From IMG/VR virus record IMGVR_UViG_3300013121_000034, positions 32,001 through 96,000 of that record: 64,000 bases of DNA, one strand, 5' to 3'. The stretch's first letter is position 1. Each line of letters opens with the position of its first letter. A model generated the notes under the pieces. The model was not told the DNA's origin. It was given only the letters and a program-made list of their open reading frames with translations, and ran no database searches. Positions 28,524 to 37,019 of this stretch are shown here, one piece after another. The position numbers and the translations under genes are program-made. Source of the stretch: a virus (lineage: Duplodnaviria > Caudoviricetes).

Positions 28524-29164
28524 TGTCCAAAGCAGCACAGGCTGTCACCGATAGGCGACCTAGCGTTGTCGACCAACTAGAGCGTTGGCTGGAAGGCAAA
28601 AAGTTTTCAGTTTATCTGACTGCGAATTTTTCACTCGCATTGTTGCGTCATGCGCGTGAACGATTTGGTCAGAGCATGGATAGCGGACTTTCGTATCGCC
28701 TTGATTATCTGCGTTTGAAGGCGATGTTCGCGTCAATGCAAACCGCAACGTTCAACGACATTTTCTATTTCAGTTCCTTCCGACCGCAGGAAGGCAATTC
28801 GCCTCCGCCGGAAATGAAGATTCTGAACCTCTTGGAAAAGAATGGCTTCAAGGTCAAGCTGCGAGAAATGACGCTTGGCGAACGTGAAGGGCGGGTAAAG
28901 AAAATCTCGCCGCGCTTCACTGTCGATCTAACTACGGCGGTGCGTGAACGAATTGCGAGTGGCGACGATGCTGTCGTTATTCTTGACACGAATCGCGATG
29001 TTGGCGACCTAGTGGAGAGTTTGGCGACCGATAACAAGCGTGTCGTTGTCGGCGACATTTCAGGCTTGAAAGCGTTTGTTCCTCACGAATTGGGGAAGCA
29101 TGCGCATTTTAAGTTCGATATGTCGCACGTTGATTTGTTGGATTGGCTCAAGTTGGAGTCGTAA
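28523..29164 (+). CDS. NYN/LabA (PIN-like) domain protein, divergent
   Basis: LDY.RL, FYF, GFKV, VDL, AVVILDTNRDV..LV..L...KRVVV, EL..HA.F.FDM layout; catalytic Asp positions appear substituted. Confidence 0.6.
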   Translation: MSKAAQAVTDRRPSVVDQLERWLEGKKFSVYLTANFSLALLRHARERFGQSMDSGLSYRLDYLRLKAMFASMQTATFNDIFYFSSFRPQEGNSPPPEMKILNLLEKNGFKVKLREMTLGEREGRVKKISPRFTVDLTTAVRERIASGDDAVVILDTNRDVGDLVESLATDNKRVVVGDISGLKAFVPHELGKHAHFKFDMSHVDLLDWLKLES

Positions 29165-29173
29165 CGGTTGCGT

Positions 29174-29199
29174 GCGGGTATGGCGGAAATGGTAGACGC
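29174..29199 (+). pseudogene. 5' fragment of tRNA-Leu
   Basis: GCGGGTATGGCGGAAATGGTAGACGC is a typical tRNA-Leu acceptor 5' strand plus D arm; no 3' half found. Confidence 0.65.
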
Positions 29200-29201
29200 T
29201 A

Positions 29202-29474
29202 ATGCCGACTAAAAAAGAATGGCTGCAAGCAAGAGTGTCGCAGATTAAAAATCTGTATCCAAACTTGCTTGCAGTCTATGGGCCGTATTATTCTGGAAAG
29301 GACGGTCGTTCAAGGGTCGTCCTGCGTATGCGTGACAGCAAGTTTGTAACTAAGCAGTATGCCAAAATAAATCTAAAGATACGTCCCCGAAAAGAACACC
29401 TAAAACTGGATGCAAAGCGGCTACGTCCCGCTAAGGGAGATTGTAGACAGTGGCTCCCAAAAAGAGCAATGTAG
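29202..29474 (+). pseudogene. internally deleted HNH homing endonuclease remnant
   Basis: VYGPY..KDGR..V...K.YAK joined directly to NL.I.PR.EH.K.DAKR; the central VDH.D...N part is absent. Confidence 0.5.
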
Positions 29475-29746
29475 GTGTGCTGCGTAATAAGCTTCGCCGT
29501 GAAACGAAAGCGAAATACAACGCGCGTATAAGCGAAGCGAAAAGCCGGGCAGCGCATGCCCGCGCAATGGCAACCCTGTTTCGCAGTTTCCGAAATGTAG
29601 TGCGCTCGGAACTGCCGAAGGTTGACCGGCAAGGACTGTCACGCGCTATTGGCAAGGGCGAAAAAGCGCACATACCACGCGTATTTGCAGATGGCGATTT
29701 TCGTGCACAAACGAAGCGCGAGAAAATACGCCATCATCCAGTGTAG
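29450..29746 (+). CDS. basic hypothetical protein
   Basis: GGGAG RBS; 98 aa. Confidence 0.5.
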   Translation: MAPKKSNVGVLRNKLRRETKAKYNARISEAKSRAAHARAMATLFRSFRNVVRSELPKVDRQGLSRAIGKGEKAHIPRVFADGDFRAQTKREKIRHHPV

Positions 29747-29763
29747 TAAAGACGACTTGATAA

Positions 29764-29838
29764 TGAGGCGTACTCAACTGGTAAGAGAGCGGTTTTTGAT
29801 ACCGCCAGATGTAGGTTCGAATCCTACCGCCTCAGCCA
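29764..29838 (+). tRNA. tRNA-Gln(UUG)
   Basis: TGAGGCG/CGCCTCA acceptor, GCGGT-TTTTGAT-ACCGC anticodon arm, GGTTCGAATCC, G73 plus CCA. Confidence 0.9.
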
Positions 29839-29903
29839 AAAAAGAAGGAATGCGAGGACCGGCAAACGTCGGTCCTCGTGGAGTTTTGAAAACGGAGAAT
29901 GAC

Positions 29904-30148
29904 ATGACGACCAAAAAACGTGAACAGCTAAAATCAGTAATCGTGTATAGCGAGGGACTTTGTTATGCCTCGGTGTGCGTGCACAACAGAGTGCCGAAAA
30001 ACGCGATTCGCAATCACATGCGCCCGTCCGGCACAGCATTGGGCTGGCGTCTTCTCGCAAAAAGAAATTCAAGGACGGCAAGAGTTTGAACGGTTGCGCT
30101 TGCAACAAGCGTCCTCGTTCTCGTAAACATTATTTGATGGAGTGCTAA
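29904..30148 (+). pseudogene. small Cys/His phage protein with apparent 1-nt frameshift near 30052
   Basis: MTTKK...YASVCVH...PSGTALGWRL continues as SRKKKFKDG..NGCAC...HYLMEC in another frame. Confidence 0.5.
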
Positions 30149-30392
30149 AATGCCTCTCAAAGAAAAGAAAGGCTGCGCCGATAGTAGCACGCGCCTCGTA
30201 CACATCTCGTTGCGATGACGCAAGAGGTTTACGAAGACTTGACGGCCATCGTCATGGAGTTCGTAGACGACTATACGCGAGTGCATAAGTCGTCGCCATT
30301 GGCGAAGCGTGACAACGACAAATTTACTCGCGTGCTTCGCGTAAAAGATGCACTACGCCTCGACGTAATGAAACTCTAGGACGGAGAATGTC

Positions 30393-31820
30393 GTGCCGAA
30401 ATCGAATCTGAAAGCCGAAGGCGAAATTCGCGAACCAAAAGACAAGCCGCTACTCGACATTACGGTCGAAGCGGTTTCCAAATACGGCAAGCATACGATT
30501 GAGGATCGTGCGATGCCGGATTTTCGCGATGGACTAAAACCTGTCGCACGCCGCATTCTTTGGGCGATGAAAGGTCTTGGCCTCGTGCCGGGACATTCGT
30601 TTGTAAAATCCGCTCGTGTCGTTGGTGAAACCATCGGCAAATTCCATCCGCACGGCGATCAAGCGTGCTATGGCGCGCTCGTCACAATGGGGAATCTCTC
30701 CGAAAAACTCGTGGAGCCGCAAGGTAATTTCGGAAACGATTTCACTGGCGATGCGGAAGCTGCACAACGATACACGGAATGCCGCCTGTCAAAGTTTGCA
30801 GCGGAACATATGGTGTCGTCGCTGTATCTCAACGTCATCAAAACGCATCCCAACTACGACGGCAAAGACGTTGAGCCTCTGTATTTTCCAGCGACCGCCC
30901 CAAACATTTTGCTAAACGGCACTTACGGAATTGCGGTCGGTGCCACGTCGATCATTCCACCCTTCCACAAAAAGGGCGTCATTAAACTGGTCGGCCTTGC
31001 GATGAATGGCGAAACGATCACACCGAAAATGTGCTTGCGTAATTTGCGCATCAACTATCCGCGCGGCGGACAGCTTGCCAATAGTGACGATGAACTTTTG
31101 GAGTTTTATCGCACAGGCAAAGGCACGTTGAAGCTGCGTGCCGACTACACGGTCGACAAAAAACAGCGCCTCATTATCATCACCGGCGCACCCTTCGGTG
31201 TCACACAAAAGAAGCTGAACGACAAATTGAACGGTCACGATTTAGTCGCGTCTATTGCAGATGCGTCCGACAAAACGACGGGGCCAATTCATTTCGTTGT
31301 GCGTGTGAAAAATTCCGTGTCGCCGCTCGAAATGGAAGCTGTTGCCGAAAAGTTGGTCGGCCTCACCGACTTTGGTCTGTCGACGGCAGTCGGTATTACA
31401 CGCCGCCTCTCCGAAACAGAGAAGGAATTTGAGGAAATCAACATTCCTAATTTGATTATGGAGTGGGCCAAGTATCGTGTGGGGCTGGAAAAGCGCGTTC
31501 AAGAGTGGATCATCAAGGACGCCGACCGTATAATTGCCGACCTTGAATTGCTCAAGCTTGCTGCATCGAAGCGTGACATTATTTTCGCTGCGATCAAGCG
31601 TGACGATCCAGACGACGGCGCGGCCTACATCATGCAGAAACTCGAAATCAACAAAGAGCAGGCGAAGCGCATTCTCGACCTTGCGGTTCGCAGGCTTTCG
31701 AAGCTTTCGGAAAAGACTATTGACGCTGACATTGTGAAGGCACGCAAGCGTAAAAAGACTGCCGTCGCAACGAAAGCCAATCCCGTGCCGCGCATCATGG
31801 AAATGCTCGAAACCATCTGA
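30393..31820 (+). CDS. gyrA: type IIA DNA topoisomerase breakage-reunion subunit (GyrA/ParC-like, no C-terminal pinwheel)
   Basis: RAMPDFRDGLKPVARRIL, KSARVVG, HPHGD, AAQRYTE (catalytic Tyr), LLNG..GIAVG; only 475 aa. Confidence 0.95.
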   Translation: MPKSNLKAEGEIREPKDKPLLDITVEAVSKYGKHTIEDRAMPDFRDGLKPVARRILWAMKGLGLVPGHSFVKSARVVGETIGKFHPHGDQACYGALVTMGNLSEKLVEPQGNFGNDFTGDAEAAQRYTECRLSKFAAEHMVSSLYLNVIKTHPNYDGKDVEPLYFPATAPNILLNGTYGIAVGATSIIPPFHKKGVIKLVGLAMNGETITPKMCLRNLRINYPRGGQLANSDDELLEFYRTGKGTLKLRADYTVDKKQRLIIITGAPFGVTQKKLNDKLNGHDLVASIADASDKTTGPIHFVVRVKNSVSPLEMEAVAEKLVGLTDFGLSTAVGITRRLSETEKEFEEINIPNLIMEWAKYRVGLEKRVQEWIIKDADRIIADLELLKLAASKRDIIFAAIKRDDPDDGAAYIMQKLEINKEQAKRILDLAVRRLSKLSEKTIDADIVKARKRKKTAVATKANPVPRIMEMLETI

Positions 31821-31850
31821 ATGGTAAAGAGCGCATAATCACAACGGAGC

Positions 31851-33332
31851 ATGACGATGGGAGTCGAACGACTCGAAAAAAGCGAAGACCAGAAAGCCAG
31901 CGAATTGGTTCACTGGTCGATGACATTCAAAGCACGCATCAAGCAATTTGCTTCCATTTTGCAACGTGCCAGTGGCGTCTACACGTCACAAAATTTGGTG
32001 GAGCCGTTTACGAGCCTATTGGCGATAGCGGAGCAATTCGACAAAGACGTCAAATTCTCTGATCTGAAAACCTATGGAGGCGTGCGTTTGCCTGCGCTCG
32101 CCTCGTTTGTTTTGACTGCCAGCCGCAATCTTTTAGACTACGCGAGCAACTACAAATCGGTCAAGGCAGACACTGCTGATGATTTTCTCGGACAATTGGC
32201 CGCGCGCCTAGATGTGCTGGCACGCGCTATCGATTTGAAGCTTGGCATTACGCCTCAAGCGAGGCTGAAAGAAATCGACACGCAAATCGCAAACGTCGAT
32301 AAGGAAATCGCAGCGATTCAAGCTGAACCGTTGCGCGCAGATAAGGTCAATGGAAAAACGAAACTGCGTAGCTTGAAAGAACTGCAAAAGGCGGAAGCAC
32401 GAGCGGTTTTTGCGTCGGTGATCGAACGTATGAACGACAAAAACCGTCGCATTGATTCGGCAAAGATGAAAAAGGCGCGGTTGCTGGAAGACCGCAAGTC
32501 GTTCGAAAACGTTTCGCTTACCGAAGCTGTGGCCGACGATAATATCCAGCGTGCAACGTCTGTGATCGCAAAAGAATCACAAAATCTCAAAAAGGCGTTG
32601 GAAACAGCAGGCGTTCCAAACCGCGTTGCATTTGCGCTCGTTCGCGGCGGCGTTATTGTCAACGGCACGCTGAATTTCAAAGCGTTCGAAGAACGACGCA
32701 TGAATGTAATTCGCGTCGGTGAAGCCTTTCAAAAAGGCGGCGTGGGAATGGGACGCGCGCAAGAGGACGCGCGTTCACGCCAATTCGTAATTCTCAATCA
32801 GTGGATTCTGGCGATAAAGAATCCCGATAAGCCCGTGGTTTATGCGAGCAAAAAGATTTCGCAGACTTCTAAGGCGATCAAGAAACTCAAGCAGAATCAA
32901 GGGGATAGCAAGGGGCCGGTGCTGTTGAAGCCGCCGCCCGACTTGACATTCGCAACCGTTCTTAGTATCATACGAGCGAAAACCGGCAAGCAATACATCG
33001 ACGTGGTCGGGGTCTCCACTAATAACAGTCCGTATGAAATGCGTTCACGCGAAATTCCCGGCGTGCGCTTTATTTGGCTGATGGAGAAATCCGACTATCT
33101 CGCAGTGTCGCGCGGAAATCCGTTGCATATTACGGAAGCTTCGATTCCGGCATTGTCGCGCTCGCATGGTCCGGCAACTACACCGTCGAAACGAGAGGAA
33201 CCGACGGACATGGAAAAAGCAAAACGCCGTCAGCAATTCGGTTATCGTTTCGGCGAAAACAAAAAGGACGAAGACTCCGACCGGCACATGCGTCCGTTCG
33301 GCGTGCCGTTGCCAAAAACGAGAAAGCCGTGA
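31851..33332 (+). CDS. hypothetical coiled-coil protein
   Basis: 493 aa; ACGGAG RBS. Confidence 0.7.
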   Translation: MTMGVERLEKSEDQKASELVHWSMTFKARIKQFASILQRASGVYTSQNLVEPFTSLLAIAEQFDKDVKFSDLKTYGGVRLPALASFVLTASRNLLDYASNYKSVKADTADDFLGQLAARLDVLARAIDLKLGITPQARLKEIDTQIANVDKEIAAIQAEPLRADKVNGKTKLRSLKELQKAEARAVFASVIERMNDKNRRIDSAKMKKARLLEDRKSFENVSLTEAVADDNIQRATSVIAKESQNLKKALETAGVPNRVAFALVRGGVIVNGTLNFKAFEERRMNVIRVGEAFQKGGVGMGRAQEDARSRQFVILNQWILAIKNPDKPVVYASKKISQTSKAIKKLKQNQGDSKGPVLLKPPPDLTFATVLSIIRAKTGKQYIDVVGVSTNNSPYEMRSREIPGVRFIWLMEKSDYLAVSRGNPLHITEASIPALSRSHGPATTPSKREEPTDMEKAKRRQQFGYRFGENKKDEDSDRHMRPFGVPLPKTRKP

Positions 33333-33553
33333 GCATTCCAATCGTTCGCGTGCCGAAGGAATTTGCGTCTCTTGGAGCAGAGAATTGCTGTTTCTGCTTC
33401 AAGCCGACGTTCTTTTGGTTCAAGAAAAACGACGTGGCCGTATGCGCCGACTGCGCGCCGAAAAATCGAGTGAAAGACGTTCCGACCAAAAAGGTTTGGT
33501 GCGCAGCCGTTCGCAAGCGCGGCCTCGTTTCTAGGCCGGGAATTTGTGTGTAA
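33329..33553 (+). CDS. small Zn-finger protein
   Basis: GTGA overlap; CCFC...CADC. Confidence 0.55.
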   Translation: MSIPIVRVPKEFASLGAENCCFCFKPTFFWFKKNDVAVCADCAPKNRVKDVPTKKVWCAAVRKRGLVSRPGICV

Positions 33554-34018
33554 GTGGCGAAAAAGAAAACCGTCAGCGGAAAATGCGATCTGTGCCCTGC
33601 GAGTTATGGACCGCATCCAGCATTAGACGAACATCACGTTACGCTGCAAGCCGCTGGCGGTAAACGACTTCCGACGATTCTCATTTGCCCGAACTGTCAC
33701 ACGAATCTGCACAAACAGGCGTTGAACGTTTTGGCGAAGGGGGTAGCGAATAAAGCCTACTTTTCTAGTGAGTGCATGCCGAAGGCTTTGCCGTATGTCA
33801 AAGCCATCATCCAATCCATCATCGCAATAAGGGAGACAAACCTCGACCACGTCCCAATTACCCTCATGTTAAAAATGCCGCGCGGACACAGGAACGCGCT
33901 GCACACGTTGAAAATGGATGCAGGATTCAAAAACCTTGAAAAGTTCTGCGTTCATGTCCTCGTGAAATATGCAAGGGAAAAGGGAATACCACTACCGACT
34001 TCGCTTGAGTTCGACTAG
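33554..34018 (+). CDS. HNH endonuclease-family protein
   Basis: CDLC...EHHV....GG....ILICPNCHTNLH. Confidence 0.75.
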   Translation: MAKKKTVSGKCDLCPASYGPHPALDEHHVTLQAAGGKRLPTILICPNCHTNLHKQALNVLAKGVANKAYFSSECMPKALPYVKAIIQSIIAIRETNLDHVPITLMLKMPRGHRNALHTLKMDAGFKNLEKFCVHVLVKYAREKGIPLPTSLEFD

Positions 34019-34055
34019 CTTTCCAATCAACAAACCAAACGCTAGAGAATGTCAG

Positions 34056-34871
34056 ATGACCGCAGAGACAACGAACAACGAAGCCAAGGAATCGGAACGC
34101 CGCCGTCCCATACCGCTTAGTGAGCAATTTCGCCACAAAACGGACAAGACGAAAAAGTTATCATCGACTGGAGTCCCCAATCTGCTGCCGAGCGTGCATT
34201 GCGAATCGTGCATTTTCTTTCGCCGCATTCGCCATAGCAGTTTCGCAGAGCCGTGCAGCAAACTAGGCGTTATGCCGAAAGCAAATCCGTGTCGTCGCTT
34301 TTCAGCGGCCCCGGAAGCGTTCAATTTCCGCTCCGACAAATTGCTTCGCGTTTTTGCGAAGACCGTGAGCCGAATGGGACGTGATCTTTTGCCGCTCATT
34401 GCCAGCGTGATGATGCGCGAAAGCAAGACCCGCAAAAAGGGTTTCTATTTTGGACAGCCTGTGTATGTGCGTGCGTTCGGCGGCGATTACCGTTCGAATT
34501 ATCGCAAGGCATTTGTTGTCTACGTCGACAAGAAACTCGCGTATCTGTGCGACGGCTTCAACAAAGATGGCGTGAATTTCACTGCCAGCATTTCGTGGGA
34601 GTCGTTGCTGACCGAGGAACAGTGGGAAGCGAAAAAGGCGCAGCTTGAAGCGCGAAAGCATTTGAAAGACCCACGGCTTCTCGAATACACGACTGTCGTT
34701 GGATCGAAAGACCCGCTCGAAGGCTACGTGCCGCCGACCATCGACACCGACTTCTCGCGCGAAAATAAGAAGCGCAAGACGTTCAAAGACGCCAAGACGA
34801 ATTACGCATCAATCAACCACAAGGACCGGGTGGACGAGGTATTTCAGGCGCGCGGCCAACAGCGCACCTAA
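34056..34871 (+). CDS. hypothetical protein with Cys cluster
   Basis: HCESCIFF...PCSKLG....NPC. Confidence 0.65.
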   Translation: MTAETTNNEAKESERRRPIPLSEQFRHKTDKTKKLSSTGVPNLLPSVHCESCIFFRRIRHSSFAEPCSKLGVMPKANPCRRFSAAPEAFNFRSDKLLRVFAKTVSRMGRDLLPLIASVMMRESKTRKKGFYFGQPVYVRAFGGDYRSNYRKAFVVYVDKKLAYLCDGFNKDGVNFTASISWESLLTEEQWEAKKAQLEARKHLKDPRLLEYTTVVGSKDPLEGYVPPTIDTDFSRENKKRKTFKDAKTNYASINHKDRVDEVFQARGQQRT

Positions 34872-34912
34872 GCCTTTTCCAATTCGAAATCCTAGTGGGA
34901 GATTAAGCGGCC

Positions 34913-35965
34913 ATGAAAAAGCTGCTGCACTCGATCTTTGGCGAAAGCGTTGTCTTCGACGACGCTGCGAAAGCCTGCTTCATCATGTGCGTCATGGGAC
35001 AGGCCGAGCGGAAAGAACTGCAAACACGTTTGCGCAAATTGAATCGCGGCCATGTCGTGAAATTCGACTGGCCATATGAGACGATTTTGCGTTTGCGTTG
35101 TGCGATCCTGCAAAGCATCAAAGCCAAGCATGACGTGCAAGTGATTCAAGCCTTCACCAATCAGGGTTTGAAACGCTGGCATCGTCACGTAATGACCGCG
35201 ATCAAAGAGTTGCGTTTAACGACGCGGATCAAGTCGCTCAAGGTGGAAGCGAAGCCTGACATTTTCACCGGCCAGAAATTGCTGGCGAACATCGTCAAGG
35301 CACAGACTTCCTCACTCAAAAAGTTTGCCGGGTGGAAGCTGAAATTCATCGTGCGTTATTACGCAACGACGCTCGATGATTTGGTTACAGAGATGCAGGC
35401 ACGCTCGATCATCGCCTTCTATCGTGGCTTTCCCTATTACAGCGAAGCCCACATGGCAGGCTATATGCTACGCGCCGGTAAAAACTACGCGCTCACGATT
35501 ATCACTTTCTACACGCGCGGAAAACGAGCCGAGATTAAGAAGGCCGACCCCAATACCGGATTCGATTTCACGTTGACGCAAGCCCAAGCCCACATCGGTA
35601 AAACTAACGACGCTGGAAACGATATGGGGCGCAACGACTTGTTCGACCTTGCATCCATAACAGCCGAAACAAGTCCCGAAGACGTGACGAATTACGAGTT
35701 GTTTCTGCGACGCTGCAATAAGAAGCAGAAACAAGTCATCGGATTGCTCATGCTGCAACACGATCCGAAATTTCTGAGTTGGCTGCGCAGCAACGCGGAG
35801 TCTTCCGCGCACACATTGCCGGGTGTATTGCGTGACATTGGCGTCAAAGACTACATGCGCAAGGTCCGTAAATACGTTGGCATCGATCCTGACCGCTACA
35901 AAGAGTTTTTGTCGTTGCTCAAAGACGAAACTCCCTCCGTTGCGGTCTTGGCCTCACGGATTTAA
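34913..35965 (+). CDS. putative divergent sigma-factor-like protein
   Basis: LDDLVTEM......FY...P......GYM.RA.KN......FYTR.KR resembles sigma region 2; FLRRCNKKQKQVIGLL resembles the start of region 4. Confidence 0.4.
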   Translation: MKKLLHSIFGESVVFDDAAKACFIMCVMGQAERKELQTRLRKLNRGHVVKFDWPYETILRLRCAILQSIKAKHDVQVIQAFTNQGLKRWHRHVMTAIKELRLTTRIKSLKVEAKPDIFTGQKLLANIVKAQTSSLKKFAGWKLKFIVRYYATTLDDLVTEMQARSIIAFYRGFPYYSEAHMAGYMLRAGKNYALTIITFYTRGKRAEIKKADPNTGFDFTLTQAQAHIGKTNDAGNDMGRNDLFDLASITAETSPEDVTNYELFLRRCNKKQKQVIGLLMLQHDPKFLSWLRSNAESSAHTLPGVLRDIGVKDYMRKVRKYVGIDPDRYKEFLSLLKDETPSVAVLASRI

Positions 35966-36073
35966 TAACAGTCGGCAAACTCTACCTCACAAAGATTGAG
36001 ACTAATTGGCTCAATTGCGTGATGGTAAAGGAACTGCATAGCGATGATGCTTGAGTGCATCTAGCAACGTAAT

Positions 36074-36142
36074 TCTTCCGCCCTAATTCCTATCGCTTCG
36101 CGGTGAAGGCGGAAGACTTTAATAGCCCCTCCGCCGCGAAGC
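36074..36142 (+). promoter_or_regulatory. predicted H-type RNA pseudoknot in a 5' leader
   Basis: S1 36074-82/36108-16 (9 bp) and S2 36095-105/36132-42 (11 bp) are interleaved. Confidence 0.55.
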
Positions 36143-36163
36143 ATGACTCGAAAGGTGAATACC

Positions 36164-36838
36164 ATGTCAAAGTTTGTTGTTCTGCGTGGATCGGATACCG
36201 CCGTCCTCGCAACTGATCTGCGGTTTTCGGCAACGTATCATATGCGCACTGTTTGGGACGTTCGCGTTCCTGAGCAGCCGGGCGAATCGTTCATGCGTTC
36301 GGGACAGAAAGTTCTCGTTATGCGTTTGCACGGCACGCTGCCGAAGGGTGAGCCGGAATTTGTCGGCGAGAGCGCCGTTTATTTCGGCGAACCGAAGGTC
36401 GAAAATATTGAGGAACGCGTGAAGCGTATTCTCGCGCTTCCCGAAGACGAGGACGACGAGGAAGGAATTTCCGCCGTCAAAAAGCTTCGCACTGGCGCGA
36501 TGAATCGCATCGAAGGCTATCACAAGCAACTGACGGCAAAAGTCACTGCGATGCAAATTGCGGCGCAGCAGGCAAATCAGCCGCAGCCCGTGCAAGTGCA
36601 GGACGCTTCCGGCATGCCTGCACCGCCGACAACTTTTACGCCGGTCGCAGGTCCGGTGTGGACTGCCGAGGAAGAAACGAAAATGCAGGAACGCGCCGCG
36701 TGGTTGCAGAAGGTATTTTCGGGCGCGTCGGAAGACGAGGATATCGATATCAACGCAGCGGAAATTGACGACGATCTGCGCGAGCAGGCCCGCGATCTTT
36801 TCGCCGCTGAAATCGACAAGATTAATCAAGGTCTGTAA
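36164..36838 (+). CDS. hypothetical protein with acidic C-terminus
   Basis: AAAGGTG RBS; 224 aa. Confidence 0.7.
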   Translation: MSKFVVLRGSDTAVLATDLRFSATYHMRTVWDVRVPEQPGESFMRSGQKVLVMRLHGTLPKGEPEFVGESAVYFGEPKVENIEERVKRILALPEDEDDEEGISAVKKLRTGAMNRIEGYHKQLTAKVTAMQIAAQQANQPQPVQVQDASGMPAPPTTFTPVAGPVWTAEEETKMQERAAWLQKVFSGASEDEDIDINAAEIDDDLREQARDLFAAEIDKINQGL

Positions 36839-36960
36839 GACGTTTCCGGGGCACGTCTAATTTAGGACGTGCCTCGAACGACTCCCGAACACCTGAGTTG
36901 TTGCCCTTCTTCTGCGGTCTGGCATCATGGTGGTCCTCCCTGTAGTCGGGAGTCGAAACT

Positions 36961-36992
36961 AGGGCGGCGGAAATTTCCGCCGCCCCTTTTTT
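36961..36992 (+). terminator. rho-independent terminator at the convergence of the + and - gene blocks
   Basis: GGGCGGCGG-AAATTT-CCGCCGCCC-C-TTTTTT. Confidence 0.8.
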
Positions 36993-37019
36993 GTCTTCAA
37001 TTCGAACTTTTTAATGGTG

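Noticed and set aside
29550-29570. TGCCCGC as the 3' half of the tRNA-Leu fragment
   Set aside because: No T-arm (GTTCRA) or CCA nearby, and it lies inside a plausible ORF.
24251-31820. Bacterial chromosomal gyrase locus
   Set aside because: The context is orphan-rich phage DNA with PAAR, lysis and fibre genes, and the A subunit lacks the CTD; the gene symbols indicate family only.
36043-36051. Isolated GATGATGCT matching array repeat B
   Set aside because: It is a single 9-mer with no periodic neighbours, compatible with chance.
1-36838. Genome-wide TAG reassignment
   Set aside because: Many genes end cleanly at TAG just before the next gene and long genes are intact in code 11; only one internal TAG was seen (7758).
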